Assembly (NCBI GenBank): GCA_000004985.1
Contig: GG738920.1
Length of the DNA: 64,000 nucleotides
Source: Naegleria gruberi
Lineage: Eukaryota
Direction: 5' to 3' (one strand)
The notes under the pieces were generated by a model, which worked only from the letters and a program-made list of their open reading frames with translations, did no database searches and was not told the origin of the DNA. Within the stretch, counting starts at the first letter, position 1; each line of letters begins with the position of its first letter. The position numbers were made by a program, and so were the translations under genes. Shown in pieces: positions 21,851-32,577 of the stretch.

Positions 21851-23164
21851 ATGTCAAATCTTCGCTCACGAATTAGCAGCTCCATTATTGATCAGAAAAC
21901 ATTGATTTCGACGGAGGATGAAGTGACCAACGAGTTGGAACACATTTTTCTCTACTTGTCAAATTTTAAACCATTGGAAGAGGAGAATTCTGATGGAGAA
22001 ATTGTTATTCGAAATCAGACGAATGATTCCAATGACCAGGAAGATGAACTGGATTCGAATGTTGATGATGATGATGAATTTTTATATTATAGAAGTGAAA
22101 TTGTTGATCAAATGTCTGAAATATTCGAAAGGAGAAGAAGCAATTCTTCATCTTTCGTATTAGTTTACAATAATGTTCATTATTTGAACGAACCAGTTGT
22201 ATTTGGTAATATTCTAGATTATTATTTCAAACCAAACGATTCAGATTTTAATCCAAAGAAAGCAGGCGGAACTTCTTCCACTTTCTTACACTTTCTAACA
22301 TTGAGAGAGGTCTGTAAATCTTGGAAGAAATACATAGACGAAAGGTATGGCAGAAGCTTCATTCTCTCCATTTTCCAAGACAGAATTCAATATCAAGATT
22401 GTAAACCAAATATGGATTTGTGTTTGTTTCGTCTATGTGGTCTACCTTTCTCCCTAGCTCTCATTCCAGCAGTTATGGCTTTCGAATATTCAAAAGATGA
22501 ATGCACACAAGCAATTTCTATGTGGCTCTCCTTTCGTCTAACTTGGATGATCGTGAGTGGCTATCCAGTTTTAGTTCCAGCTATTTGTTGTGCAACTTTG
22601 GTTGATTTGGCCATTGAAAAGATGCGTGAAAGAAGTTTCTTCCAAAGATTAGAAAGCAGATACGAAACTATGGAACACAGTGTCATGAGTGAAATTACGT
22701 ATTTTGAAAAGTGTGAGATTGTTGCAACCATTCAAGATTCCTCAAAAACATTTAACAAACATTCATGTTTCTATATCATTGAGGTTACGCTTAATGTGAA
22801 TGGAAAGTTGTTGGGCTTTCGAATACAGAAAAAGTATACTCAATTCAAAATATTGTTCGATATCATGTGTAAATGTGTTGATAATAATAATAATAGGGAT
22901 GGAACTTTAGAGGTCAATTCGAATGAGAGAATTGAATTTCCACTCAAGAGATGGTCTCTATTTACGAATCCAGACGAAATCATTGAAGAAAGAAAGCATG
23001 TTTTCCAGAAAATGTTGAATCTCATTGTTGAGCATTCGAATATTTTCCACAACTCTGAAATTTACACATTCTTTTACGATAGAAAAAATCAACAAGTTTT
23101 GTTGGGAAATTGTGCTAGAGAAAGTGGTGAAGAGGAGGGCTTTCTTCTAGTTGATAATGAATAG
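21851..23164 (+). CDS. PX (phox-homology) domain-containing protein (437 aa)
   Basis: C-terminal region ...CFYIIEVTLNVNGKLLGFRIQKKYTQFKILFDIMCK...RIEFPLKRWSLFTNPDEIIEERKHVFQKMLNLIVEH... fits the PX pattern (R-Y-x-F, proline-rich stretch, ...ER+..L..YL). The N-terminus is acidic and low-complexity. Confidence 0.6.
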   Translation: MSNLRSRISSSIIDQKTLISTEDEVTNELEHIFLYLSNFKPLEEENSDGEIVIRNQTNDSNDQEDELDSNVDDDDEFLYYRSEIVDQMSEIFERRRSNSSSFVLVYNNVHYLNEPVVFGNILDYYFKPNDSDFNPKKAGGTSSTFLHFLTLREVCKSWKKYIDERYGRSFILSIFQDRIQYQDCKPNMDLCLFRLCGLPFSLALIPAVMAFEYSKDECTQAISMWLSFRLTWMIVSGYPVLVPAICCATLVDLAIEKMRERSFFQRLESRYETMEHSVMSEITYFEKCEIVATIQDSSKTFNKHSCFYIIEVTLNVNGKLLGFRIQKKYTQFKILFDIMCKCVDNNNNRDGTLEVNSNERIEFPLKRWSLFTNPDEIIEERKHVFQKMLNLIVEHSNIFHNSEIYTFFYDRKNQQVLLGNCARESGEEEGFLLVDNE

Positions 23165-23393
23165 TGTAAGATTGTCTGATGTCTTGATGAATAAACTTGG
23201 GGATTGTTCCCTTCTTCATTGTCAATCGAGTTTGTGAAATAATAATTGATAAATGACTTATCAGATAGGAGAATTAAACAATTGACTGCAATTATTTCAA
23301 GATCAGCTAAAAAAGTTAGAATACAATTGATTTTTTCCAAATCCTGTGTGAGTATCTATTTCCATTCAAAAAAGACGTGAAACCAAAATGATT

Positions 23394-23465
23394 CTCCCAT
23401 GCCGGGAATTGAACCCGGACCTCCTGGGTGAAAGCCAGGTATCCTAGCCATTGGACTACACGGGA
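23394..23465 (-). tRNA. tRNA-Glu (TTC), second copy, inverted relative to copy 1
   Basis: Exact reverse complement of the 11421..11492 sequence. About 30 nt of 5' flank (ATGAGGAATATTTT.AAAG.GAATAAGAT) is also shared. Confidence 0.85.
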
Positions 23466-24321
23466 ATCTTATTCTCTTTAAAAATATTCCTCATCTATAA
23501 AATAGCATTGGTTGTAACGAAAAATTAATTATTCCAATCATTTAAGTTCTTTCTAGATCAGAAAGCATACAGTGTAGTAGTTCCTTACAAAAATCTAAAC
23601 CAAAACCATCTTGAAAAACAAGCTCTATACCTAGTCCAGAGTCTCAAGAAGAAATTGGACGAAAATTTATAAAGTTTTAAGAAAAGATAAAGTTGCAATA
23701 TTTCTGAGTTTTCTGGATATTCAAAAAGTGAAATATTCCGAATGTTAAATTGAAATACTTATTACCAGGTTAGCTAGCCATTCTTAAAATTCGTCATCAT
23801 ACATGCTCGGAATTTGACAAATACTCAATTTTGCTCTGATTGAGATTTCTTTGTGCAATGATTTTTCAATTAATTAAAAGAGTTAGGTGGCTCCTAATCT
23901 GACGGTTTGTGCAATGTCTGATTGAAACCAAATCAAAGTGAGCAATTAAGCTCAAACCCTGATCCCTACAAAAAATTGAGTTAATAGTAGATGCAACCCG
24001 TGAGCTGCTTTCAGCTATTAAACTGAAAAGAACAGATACTACACTCGATCAAAGCCAATTGGCCGAGAAAGATGGTTTTGAGAATTGCATAAGGAACAGA
24101 GTTTTTATTCTGTTGGTTGTGGAGCGAAGAATGGCAAAATGTTTGTGGTATTTTAATAAATTTTAATGCCTTGTTCGACTATTGATATTGAACATGTAGC
24201 GAATCTTAATAATCAATATTTATGATGGAGCAGTTCAATCAGAACTTGGAAAGAATGTGAGAAGCAAACTTGACCAACAATTAAGGGGGATTGATAAGTA
24301 AACGTGAACTAGTGAAAAAAC

Positions 24322-24334
24322 AAATAAACAAAAA
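24322..24334 (-). terminator. T-rich Pol III terminator after 5S copy 2
   Basis: Minus strand reads TTTTTGTTTATTTG directly 3' of the 5S gene. Confidence 0.35.
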
Positions 24335-24452
24335 GACTACAGCACCACAGGTTCCCAAGTTGTCTCCAACCTCAGTACTGATGTGGCTCGACGATGCTTA
24401 ACTTCTCAAATCGGACGGGATGAGGTGCGTTCATCGTGATATGGCCGTAGCC
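24335..24452 (-). rRNA. 5S rRNA gene, second copy (118 nt), inverted relative to copy 1
   Basis: Reverse complement is GGCTACGGCCATATCACGATGAACGCACCTCATCCCGTCCGATTTGAGAAGTTAAGC...GGTGCTGTAGTC. It differs from copy 1 only in the GATTCATGC / GATGAACGC segment. Confidence 0.85.
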
Positions 24453-24672
24453 ACTCAGATTATCAAAATCTTAATATTGAATAAGAAAACGGTCAGCTGT
24501 TTGAAGCTGTTGATAATCAGAAAGAAATCTTCCACTTGGGTGTGATAATAAATAAGAGGAATTCCCCTTGAAATTTTGGTACAAAAAGGTTGTTCTCTTT
24601 ATTAAATTTACAAAACATAGGATATCTAATATCCTCTTGTAACAGCAATGGTGTAAGATGAAATTAAAATTA

Positions 24673-24759
24673 TCCGATGAGACGGAATCGAACCGCCGAC
24701 CACAGGATGACAGTTTTTCTTGCTACAGTCCCATGCTCTACCAGCTGAGCTATCATCGG
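24673..24759 (-). tRNA. tRNA-Tyr (GTA) with a ~14-nt intron 3' of the anticodon
   Basis: Minus strand reads CCGATGATAGCTCAGCTGGTAGAGCATGGGACTGTAG[caagaaaaactgtc]ATCCTGTGGTCGGCGGTTCGATTCCGTCTCATCGGA. Acceptor is CCGATGA/TCATCGG. A GTA anticodon followed by an intron is typical of eukaryotic tRNA-Tyr. Confidence 0.8.
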
Positions 24760-25299
24760 TTACAATGAATTCAAAGTTATTAAGGATTGTCCAGAAATAA
24801 GACAACTCATTGTTTGGTTTTCGATAAATTGGGGCAAAATGATTTTTTAAAGGATTTTGTTCTCTTAATTTTCAATTTTGCTGACCATTTGTGGTCTTTT
24901 TTAAATTTTCATCGTCGTACAGATTAGGTGGTAAGGCTTTAATTTTGGTAATTTTCAAAATTAATTTATTGGAAAGTTGTTAATAAATTAATAATTTTTA
25001 TTATTTCACAATGTCCTTATTCTCCAAGCAAGATTACACTCAAGAGGAAGAAGCAACTGATGATACCAATGTGTTCGAGGAGGATGGATCGAAGAAGCTT
25101 ATTGATGAATCATCACAGAGTCAACATGATGAACAGTCGGGTTGACAGCTGTTTATGTAAATAACAATCATTGTTACTATTCATCTATTAATATTGTTAA
25201 TGTTACTCAATTCATATCCATTCATATCATGTGATTACATAGATGATAACCAAACAAGTTATTCAATATTAAACAGCAACCAGAAAATTAAAAATCAGA

Positions 25300-25373
25300 T
25301 ACCGACAATGGGGCTCGAACCCACGACCCCAGGATTAGAAGTCCTGTGCTCTATCCAACTGAGCTATGACGGC
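25300..25373 (-). tRNA. tRNA-Arg (TCT)
   Basis: Minus strand reads GCCGTCATAGCTCAGTTGGATAGAGCACAGGACTTCTAATCCTGGGGTCGTGGGTTCGAGCCCCATTGTCGGTA. Anticodon loop is CTTCTAA. There is one T-T mismatch in the acceptor stem, so a pseudogene is possible. Confidence 0.7.
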
Positions 25374-26386
25374 TTTATGATCACTATAAATTGTATTCCA
25401 ATAATAACTAATATTCTGTCCCAAGATTGTGGCATGTGTTATCCTTTATGAGCTGGCTAATGAAGCTCCAGAGGTTTTATCTCATTCTCCACTGTTTAGA
25501 AGCTAACCATACATAATTCATTACAATATTTGCAAATGATCGAATTTCATAAATTTTATGGGGAAATTCCTTCTTTTTTCACCTTCACAACGGCTCTTGT
25601 TCTTTACTTGTTCTCCTGAAGCAACGAAAGGTAATTAATTTCCATCAACAGATATAGATTTGATAATTCAGCACCTTGTTCGTTCACTCCATTGATAACA
25701 ATAATAATGACATTATTACAATGCTTTGTGAACAAGACCATATCGTTACATTATTCTAAAAAGGCAAGCTAGAGAATTGGAGCGAAACATTATGCAAACT
25801 CTCTTTACAGAAGAAACTCTATTCGATTTACAGCAAAGAGGTCCACAAAAACCTTGAATAGTCTCAATGTTACTAAGACTTTAATTGTCTTTCGAACCCT
25901 GAACAGTCATAGGGATCGTTCGAAAGTATTTTGTTGACAGGTCACGCTCACTTGTACTTTCTGGAAAAGGATTCCCATAAAATTCCAACTTGTAGAAATG
26001 ACAGATAATAATGCCAGGAACTTTTTGGAGTCTCTCATGATTTACAACTCCAATTGTTGTATTGACTCAAAGATAAATGAGAAGTTGAGGTGAATTTTGC
26101 AACAGCTATCAATTTGTTCTTCTTTTGGAGAATGGCTAGAATTTTGAGGTATTTTCACTATCAAAGAATATTATTGGGTTACCAGTACATCATGCTCTTT
26201 GGTTCAACTGTTTTGACTGGTAATTTAACGCATCCTTCACTTGTCAGCCTTCTTTAAAAAAAAATTCTAACGTAACTGCCGCGTCGCAAACAAAAACACA
26301 CTCATCAAACGGCAGAAGTGTTCTGAGTCATTCATCATTTAAAACATTCAACTCACAAACATCAAAACTTCATCAAAACATTTAAA

Positions 26387-28324
26387 ATGGGTCAAGCCTG
26401 TGGTCTAGGAAGTAACAACGGAAAACAAATTGACCAAAAGGTTAATGATATGCTCCGTGATGATAGATTAAACGATAGCGAGATTAAATTACTCTTGTTA
26501 GGTGCTGGTGAATCTGGCAAATCTACATTGTTCAAGGTATGTTGTTGTTAATGATGATAATTTGGTGGATAACAATAATGTTTTTAATGTCTTGTTGTCT
26601 TGTTACCCATTTACAATTTTATTCATAATTATATACTATGGATAATTCATATCTTCATTCCTAATCATAACAATCATGGCGATGACGAATGGCAATGAAC
26701 CTCATCCTGTGCTTGTGCTTGTTCTTTTTTACTGTAAATTTTGGCATCCCACATGAAACCGTTACTATTTGTTTCCCTCCAAAAATTATTTCTGTTTTAA
26801 AAACTTATTGCTAATGATGATGCTGTTATCCAATGATAATCATCATGATGACAATATGATGTTGATGACGATCATCGTTTGGGTTCATTCACCACCACCA
26901 AATATCAACTTCCATGGAATGTGAACACCTGTTACTACCACTACTACCTAACAAAATATGTGAACCGTATTCCATTATATTCTCTTCCTTCCTTTCTAAC
27001 GTCATTCATCATACTATCTATTCTATTATTATTCAATATTATATATTTATTATATTCACTAATCAAATTCTATAATTTATAATCATAATACCACAGCAAA
27101 TCAGAATTATACACGACGGAGGTTATAATGAACACGAATTACTTGGTTTCGTTGATACTATTCACTCCAACGTTCTCCAATCTATGCAAGCTCTTATTCA
27201 AGCCTCTCATGATCTCAACATTCCTATTGAGAACCCAGAGAATAGACAAAAGGCTGCTAAAATCCTTGAATTACAAAACGACTCACTCTTGAATATTAAC
27301 AAGGTCTACAATGAAGCCTTTGCCAATGACTTGAAGGATTTATGGGAAGATGCTGGTATACAGACTGTTTATAAACGTAGAAACGAATTCCAATTGTTGG
27401 ACTCTACTGAGTAGTAAGTATTTACTTAGAACAACAATAACAATAATTATTATTTAATTATTATTATTATATAATCATAACAATAACAACAACAATATAC
27501 AGCTTCTATACAAACTTGAAGAGAATCTCTCAAAAAGACTATGTTCCTAACCAACAAGATGTCCTCCACTGCAGAATAAAAACCACTGGTGTGGTTCAGC
27601 TGAGGTTCGAAATTGATGAACTCAAAATGTAAGTAACAAACACAATCCAAAATACTAATTAGATACTTTGACATTCTGATGACATTCCTTGATGTTTCCC
27701 TTCATCATACAACAATGATAATAATAATTACAATAATATAGGCTTCTCATTGACGTTGGTGGTCAAAGAAACGAACGTAAGAAATGGTACGTATTCTCAT
27801 CTCTCCCATCCTTTTATTTACCACATTAATTATACACACAATAATTTAATAATTAATAATTTATAATTTTCAATAATAATAATAGGATTCACTGCTTTGA
27901 TGATGTCACTGCCATTATTTTCGTTGCCAGTTTGAGTGAATTTGATCAAAAGTGTTACGAAGATGATAGTACAAACCGTTTGGACGAATCCATACTTTTA
28001 TTTGATGAAATTGTCAATTCTCACTTCTTTGAAAAGACACCTGTTATCTTGTTCTTGAATAAGAGTGACTTGTTTTCTAAAAAGTTGAATGAACGTGGTG
28101 TTTTCAAGAGAGTTTTCCCAGAATTTGAAGGAGATGACACCAATTTGAGACAATGTGCAGATCACATCAAGGACAAATTCATTTCTCGTGTTGAAGATAA
28201 GGATGAAAAGAAGATTGATGTCAGGATAACATGTGCCACTGATACTGAGGCCATCAAGACAGTATTCGACAATGTTAAGGAAGCCATTGTCAAGAACACC
28301 GTTATTGGTAAAAACAACTTTTAA
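26387..28324 (+). CDS. heterotrimeric G-protein alpha subunit. Exons 26387..26536, 27097..27413, 27503..27628, 27742..27786, 27886..28324.
   Basis: Spliced product: MGQACGLGSNNGKQIDQKVNDMLRDDRLNDSEIKLLLLGAGESGKSTLFK|QIRIIHDGGYNEHELLGF...DSTEY|FYTNLKRISQKDYVPNQQDVLHCRIKTTGVVQLRFEIDELKM|LLIDVGGQRNERKKW|IHCFDDVTAIIFVASLSEFDQ...VILFLNKSDLF...TCATDTEAIKTVFDNVKEAIV... All G-alpha boxes are present (GAGESGKST, DVGGQR, NKSD, TCATD). Intron 1 is 560 nt. Confidence 0.85.
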
Positions 28325-28967
28325 TTTCTAAAGTTATTACTGAGACAGAACAAAGTTTCATTCCTTTCCATATCATTGTCACATTTCAATGATTCCCTTT
28401 CCTTCTTTACAAGTTAATCCACACAATTTAATGTGAATATAATCTTCTAGACCACACACAGTATTTTCATCATCTTCACTACTACACACACAAGTATAAT
28501 AATATTATAAAAATAAAATTTAATTTATCATAAATTTAATTATTAATATTTCAATATGTTCAAATATATTGAGATCTGAAATAATTGAAGTTGAGTGTTT
28601 AATGAATGATGACAGGTAGGTGAACGGTAACATCAGAATCTCCTTAAAATCACTACAGAACAAACTCTACTATCTTGAGAATTATTCAATTGAAGAAGTT
28701 TTTGTAAAACATGAAGCCAAACCTCAATGGTTTTTGCATAACCTCTCAACCATGCAACTTTTTCTTGCAACTCTTTACAATTTCACATCATTCACTTACA
28801 AAATATCTTGCAATCAATTTCAAACTGCGGATCTGACACCCGCATGACAAGCATTCATTCCACCTCTATTGGTCCACTTCTCATATATTTTGTAAAATCC
28901 AGACAAATTTTAGCTTTAAAAACTACATATTCTCCCACAGGATTCTCATCAATTCAAACAAAAAAAA

Positions 28968-30158
28968 ATGTTTACACTCATTCTCATCTGCTTTTTGATA
29001 TTTTGCCTCCTATTTTACGTGGTTGCTTCTCGAGTGGGAGGACCATTGTTCTGTCTTGCAAAAATCATTCACTTCCTATTGACTATCAAGGAAAAGTTCA
29101 TCTCCGATACAAGGAAAATTTATGGAGATTTGTGTAGCCCCGAAGGAAGAGCTTTCATGTTGTTGGCCTCGACTTCAGTGAACGATTCGGAACCAAAGAG
29201 AAAGCTCAATCATGATGATTTTAAGAAAATTGTGGCCAAGTTGGAATTTGCCACTCGTGTCTTGTACAAATCAGATTTTGAAGTGGAAAGAGCTAGAAAT
29301 TCGAATGAAATTTCAATTGAATCATTTTCTAGAGGTAGAGAACGAAATAATGTGTGGATTTCACATAAGAAGGATGCCAAGGAGAGAAAGACTTTGATAT
29401 TTATTCATGGTGGAGGATTTTTCTTTGGATCAACTCATTCTTATGCTGGTCTTTTCATTCCATTTGTGGAAAAGTTTGGCATTAATGTTTATTTGGTTGA
29501 TTATGGATTATCTCCTAAGGTTGATTATAAGGAAATTTTCCCTGAAGTTCTTGGAGAGGTCAAGACTGCTATTTCAGAACTGGGTTTGAATCCTGAATTA
29601 GTTACTCTTGGAGGTGATTCTGCAGGGTAAGTTGATCAAATTTTTATTCGAAAGGATTGAAATTTAACTTGTTCATTTTCAAATAGTGGTAACTTGGTTA
29701 TGAACACACTGAGATTTTTAAAACAATCCAACTCTCCACTTTATTCTCAATTGAATAACATTTTACTGATGAGTCCTTGGTGTGATCTCTGTTTGGAAAC
29801 TAAAAGTATTGTGGCAGCTGGTAATAGAAATGAAATTAGTCTTTCTCGTCGTTTAATTCTCGATTGTGACAATTCGCAAGTTCCATTCACATCTGATCCA
29901 AAGGAATTCTCAATTGCTCACTGGCCAGAGATTGATGTTTTGCATGGAAAGAGAGTTTTCTTCAATTATGGATCTAAGGAACGTTTGATTGATGAATTGA
30001 GTGTTTTTGAGAAGAGATTGGTGAAAGATCAAGATTTGATGAAGGAATTGAAGATTTTGGTTGGAAGAGATTTGTTCCATGATTATCCATTGTTTTATAA
30101 TTTCATTCCAGAAGGAAGAGAATTCTTTGAGCAATTAGCCAAGTTCATTAAAAATTAA
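28968..30158 (+). CDS. alpha/beta-hydrolase-fold esterase/lipase of the HSL/arylacetamide-deacetylase type. Exons 28968..29627 and 29687..30158.
   Basis: N-terminal signal anchor (MFTLILICFLIFCLLFYVV). Oxyanion-hole motif in ...LIFIHGGGFFFGS. Splicing (GG|GTAAGT ... caaatag|T) rebuilds the catalytic motif LGGDSAGGNLVM (GDSAG nucleophile elbow). The intron is 59 nt. Confidence 0.75.
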
Positions 30159-30204
30159 TCCACCTTCTTAATTATTGTATTGATTATTAATATAGTATTA
30201 CAAA

Positions 30205-32028
30205 TTAATAACGTATTTGATAATATTTTTCTACATGTTCCAATTCAGGATAGGTGACTGATAATCTGTGATAATGTTGTTGTTTGGAATAGGTAGAAAA
30301 ATATCCAAAATGTTCCAAACCTATTGCTGTAATTTCTGGATTATTTTCATAAACAAAATCAATGACAAGCTTGAAATTTTGTTTTGCAATTTGCTTTACG
30401 AATTCAAAATTTCGTGACAAGTTTCCATATAATTCAGGTGAGGTAATTCTTCCAACACGAACATTCTTGATGACATCGATATCATTTTGCAACTCCTCTG
30501 ATGCAAATTGAAGAGATGACCCATCAATTTGAACCACCTGAATAACAAATTCCTTATCATTTTGCAACTCTTCGGTGGCATAGATGAATGGCTGAACGAA
30601 AGGTTCTGCCTCTTTCTTAGATTCCAAGATAATAGCTTCCAAAACAATTTCCTTGTCTGAGCGAAGCTCCTCAGATGCATAATCAAGGTTTGTAGTGTTA
30701 ATTCTAATGGCCTCGAGTACAATTTCTCTGTCTGCTTCTATTTCTTCTGAGGCATACTCCAAAGAACCATTATTTCTTAATGCTTCCAATACCATTTCTC
30801 TATCATCTTGAAAATGTTCAAAGAAAAAGAGTAAAGTACCATCTTGTTTGATTGCTTGCATGACCAACTCTCTGTCTTTTTTCAATCCAGAAGATGCAAA
30901 TCGAATGGAGCTTGCACACTTTTGAATGGCCGTACTAACAATTTCTCTATCATTTTTCAGTGCGGAAGAGGCATACTCCAGAGCTTCTCCATTTTGCTTC
31001 ACAGCAGCAAGTACTATTTCTCTATCTGATTTGAAATCAATCGATACTGATTTGAGGGAAGCACCAGAGTGAGAGACAGAGGATAGAATAATTTCTCTGT
31101 TAGATTTGAAGGAGTTTGGGGCAAAGTCTATAGGGAACTTTTTTGATTCAGGACTAGCTCTATATTTAACAGCTTCCACTATTATTTCCCTATCGAATAG
31201 AAACTTTTTGTCAATAAACTCAATGACCATTCCATTCATTTTGATACATTGTAAAATAAAGTCCCTATCAGATTGCAACTCCTCTGCTGCTTCTCTAATA
31301 GATTTAGGAAATTTTGCAACATGTTGCAAAGTAATTTCTCTATCAGATCTAATTTCATAAGAGGCCAATCCAAATGCTTGTCCATTATAACACCCATCTT
31401 GAATAATTTTCATAAAGATTTCCTTATCACTCTTCAAATGATTTGGCAAGAATGAAGATAAATTCGGATTATTCTCAATGGACAGCAACGCCAGCTCTTT
31501 ATCATTCTTCAATTCTTGTGGAAGCATATAATAGGCTCCAACATAGGTTTTCATCACCTTCCTAATCACCTCCTTATCAAAGCTATACTCCTTCGGTGCC
31601 CTATTAATAAAAGTTCCATTCACTTCCAATAACTTGTCGAGAAACTGTAAATTCATCACTCCTTCCTCACTCTGCAATAACAATGGAGAAAACTTAAATT
31701 GAATATCTCGATGAAAAAGTGAAACTTCCTTTCCCTTCCTTCTCAAAGCATCAAACAAATTAAACACATAGCCTCCATCATGATAATACTCGATCGGAAT
31801 AAAATCATCATTAATTTTAAAAGAATTTTCAAAGTATTTTCGGGTGGAGGAGGAAATTCTGCTCATCTTTTCCCGGAGATAATTGTTGTTGAGTTTTTGC
31901 AATTGGAATTGATCGGAGGCTTGATTATCGAGGAAGAGAATGACGCGCTCATTTTCTTCGTTAGCACTTTTAATTTTTTTAAAGTTTGTTTCATTGATTG
32001 AATTTGGCGGCAAATCGCGTTTGGACAT
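30205..32028 (-). CDS. DUF4116 repeat protein, paralog of 11912..12889 (608 aa from the ATG; track ORF starts at an upstream TTG)
   Basis: More than ten units of the type ...DREIVLAAVKQNGEALEYASSALKNDREIVSTAIQKCASSIRFASSGLKKDRELVMQAIKQDGTLL... The ATG giving MSKRDLPPNS is at 32028. Confidence 0.75.
   Translation of the reverse strand: MSKRDLPPNSINETNFKKIKSANEENERVILFLDNQASDQFQLQKLNNNYLREKMSRISSSTRKYFENSFKINDDFIPIEYYHDGGYVFNLFDALRRKGKEVSLFHRDIQFKFSPLLLQSEEGVMNLQFLDKLLEVNGTFINRAPKEYSFDKEVIRKVMKTYVGAYYMLPQELKNDKELALLSIENNPNLSSFLPNHLKSDKEIFMKIIQDGCYNGQAFGLASYEIRSDREITLQHVAKFPKSIREAAEELQSDRDFILQCIKMNGMVIEFIDKKFLFDREIIVEAVKYRASPESKKFPIDFAPNSFKSNREIILSSVSHSGASLKSVSIDFKSDREIVLAAVKQNGEALEYASSALKNDREIVSTAIQKCASSIRFASSGLKKDRELVMQAIKQDGTLLFFFEHFQDDREMVLEALRNNGSLEYASEEIEADREIVLEAIRINTTNLDYASEELRSDKEIVLEAIILESKKEAEPFVQPFIYATEELQNDKEFVIQVVQIDGSSLQFASEELQNDIDVIKNVRVGRITSPELYGNLSRNFEFVKQIAKQNFKLVIDFVYENNPEITAIGLEHFGYFSTYSKQQHYHRLSVTYPELEHVEKYYQIRY
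30390..31440. repeat. coding tandem repeats (DUF4116 units) with spurious antisense ORFs
   Basis: Periodic repeat in the translation. Plus-strand track ORFs 30844..31029, 31106..31360 and 31273..31455 are antisense artefacts. Confidence 0.6.
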
Positions 32029-32577
32029 TTTTTTTTGTAAGGATTTTAAAATTGTAAATTCGTACAGAAATTGTGTGAAATTATCATTGTAAAAATTATT
32101 GAAATTTGTCAATATTGAAGTTCAAAGTCTCATTTTGTAACTTGACAAACCAACTTGCTAACGACCAAAACCGAAACCATCATGAACAAGACATTTTACT
32201 TTTTAAAGCATTTCAAGACTTTACAATACAAAAAATCACAAACCATGAATTCCGTAAACCCTCAAAAAATCAAGTTAATCTCTCATCTTACCAAATACAT
32301 CTTTAATTTTCCCTTAATAGACTTTTACATTCCCGATTCGTTCTTCACAAACCAAATCAATAAGGTGAGAGAATGACCTTTTATGGTGTTTGTTGTAGAC
32401 ATTCGATTTTTTGCTGGACCAAAAAAACTACAAAAAATTGAAAAAGGCGCCAACACAAACGTGAACAGTCCAAAAACCAACTTGAAAAAAAAACATCGAC
32501 ACCAAGAGTCTTTTTTCGCTTGTACAAAAAATTGAAACTCTTCACTTCGTTGTACCATTACCACTTTAAGCTTAAAA

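Noticed and set aside
11300-25400. Retrotransposon or mobile-element insertion near the tRNA genes (tRNA-targeted elements are known in dictyostelids), a CRISPR array, or a prokaryotic defence or toxin-antitoxin system.
   Set aside because: No reverse-transcriptase, integrase or transposase-like ORF appears in either strand. No LTR-like long direct repeats were seen. There are no short regularly spaced repeats. The only repeats are the tRNA-Glu/5S inverted duplication and coding repeats. The whole window is eukaryotic.
25194-25451. ORF 25194..25451 (85 aa).
   Set aside because: It overlaps the tRNA-Arg gene on the opposite strand and starts at TTG. Its translation contains the tRNA reverse complement, so it is an artefact.
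26879-27082. ORF 26879..27082 (67 aa).
   Set aside because: It lies wholly inside the 560-nt first intron of the G-alpha gene, starts at TTG in the track, and has an AT-rich hydrophobic translation typical of noise.
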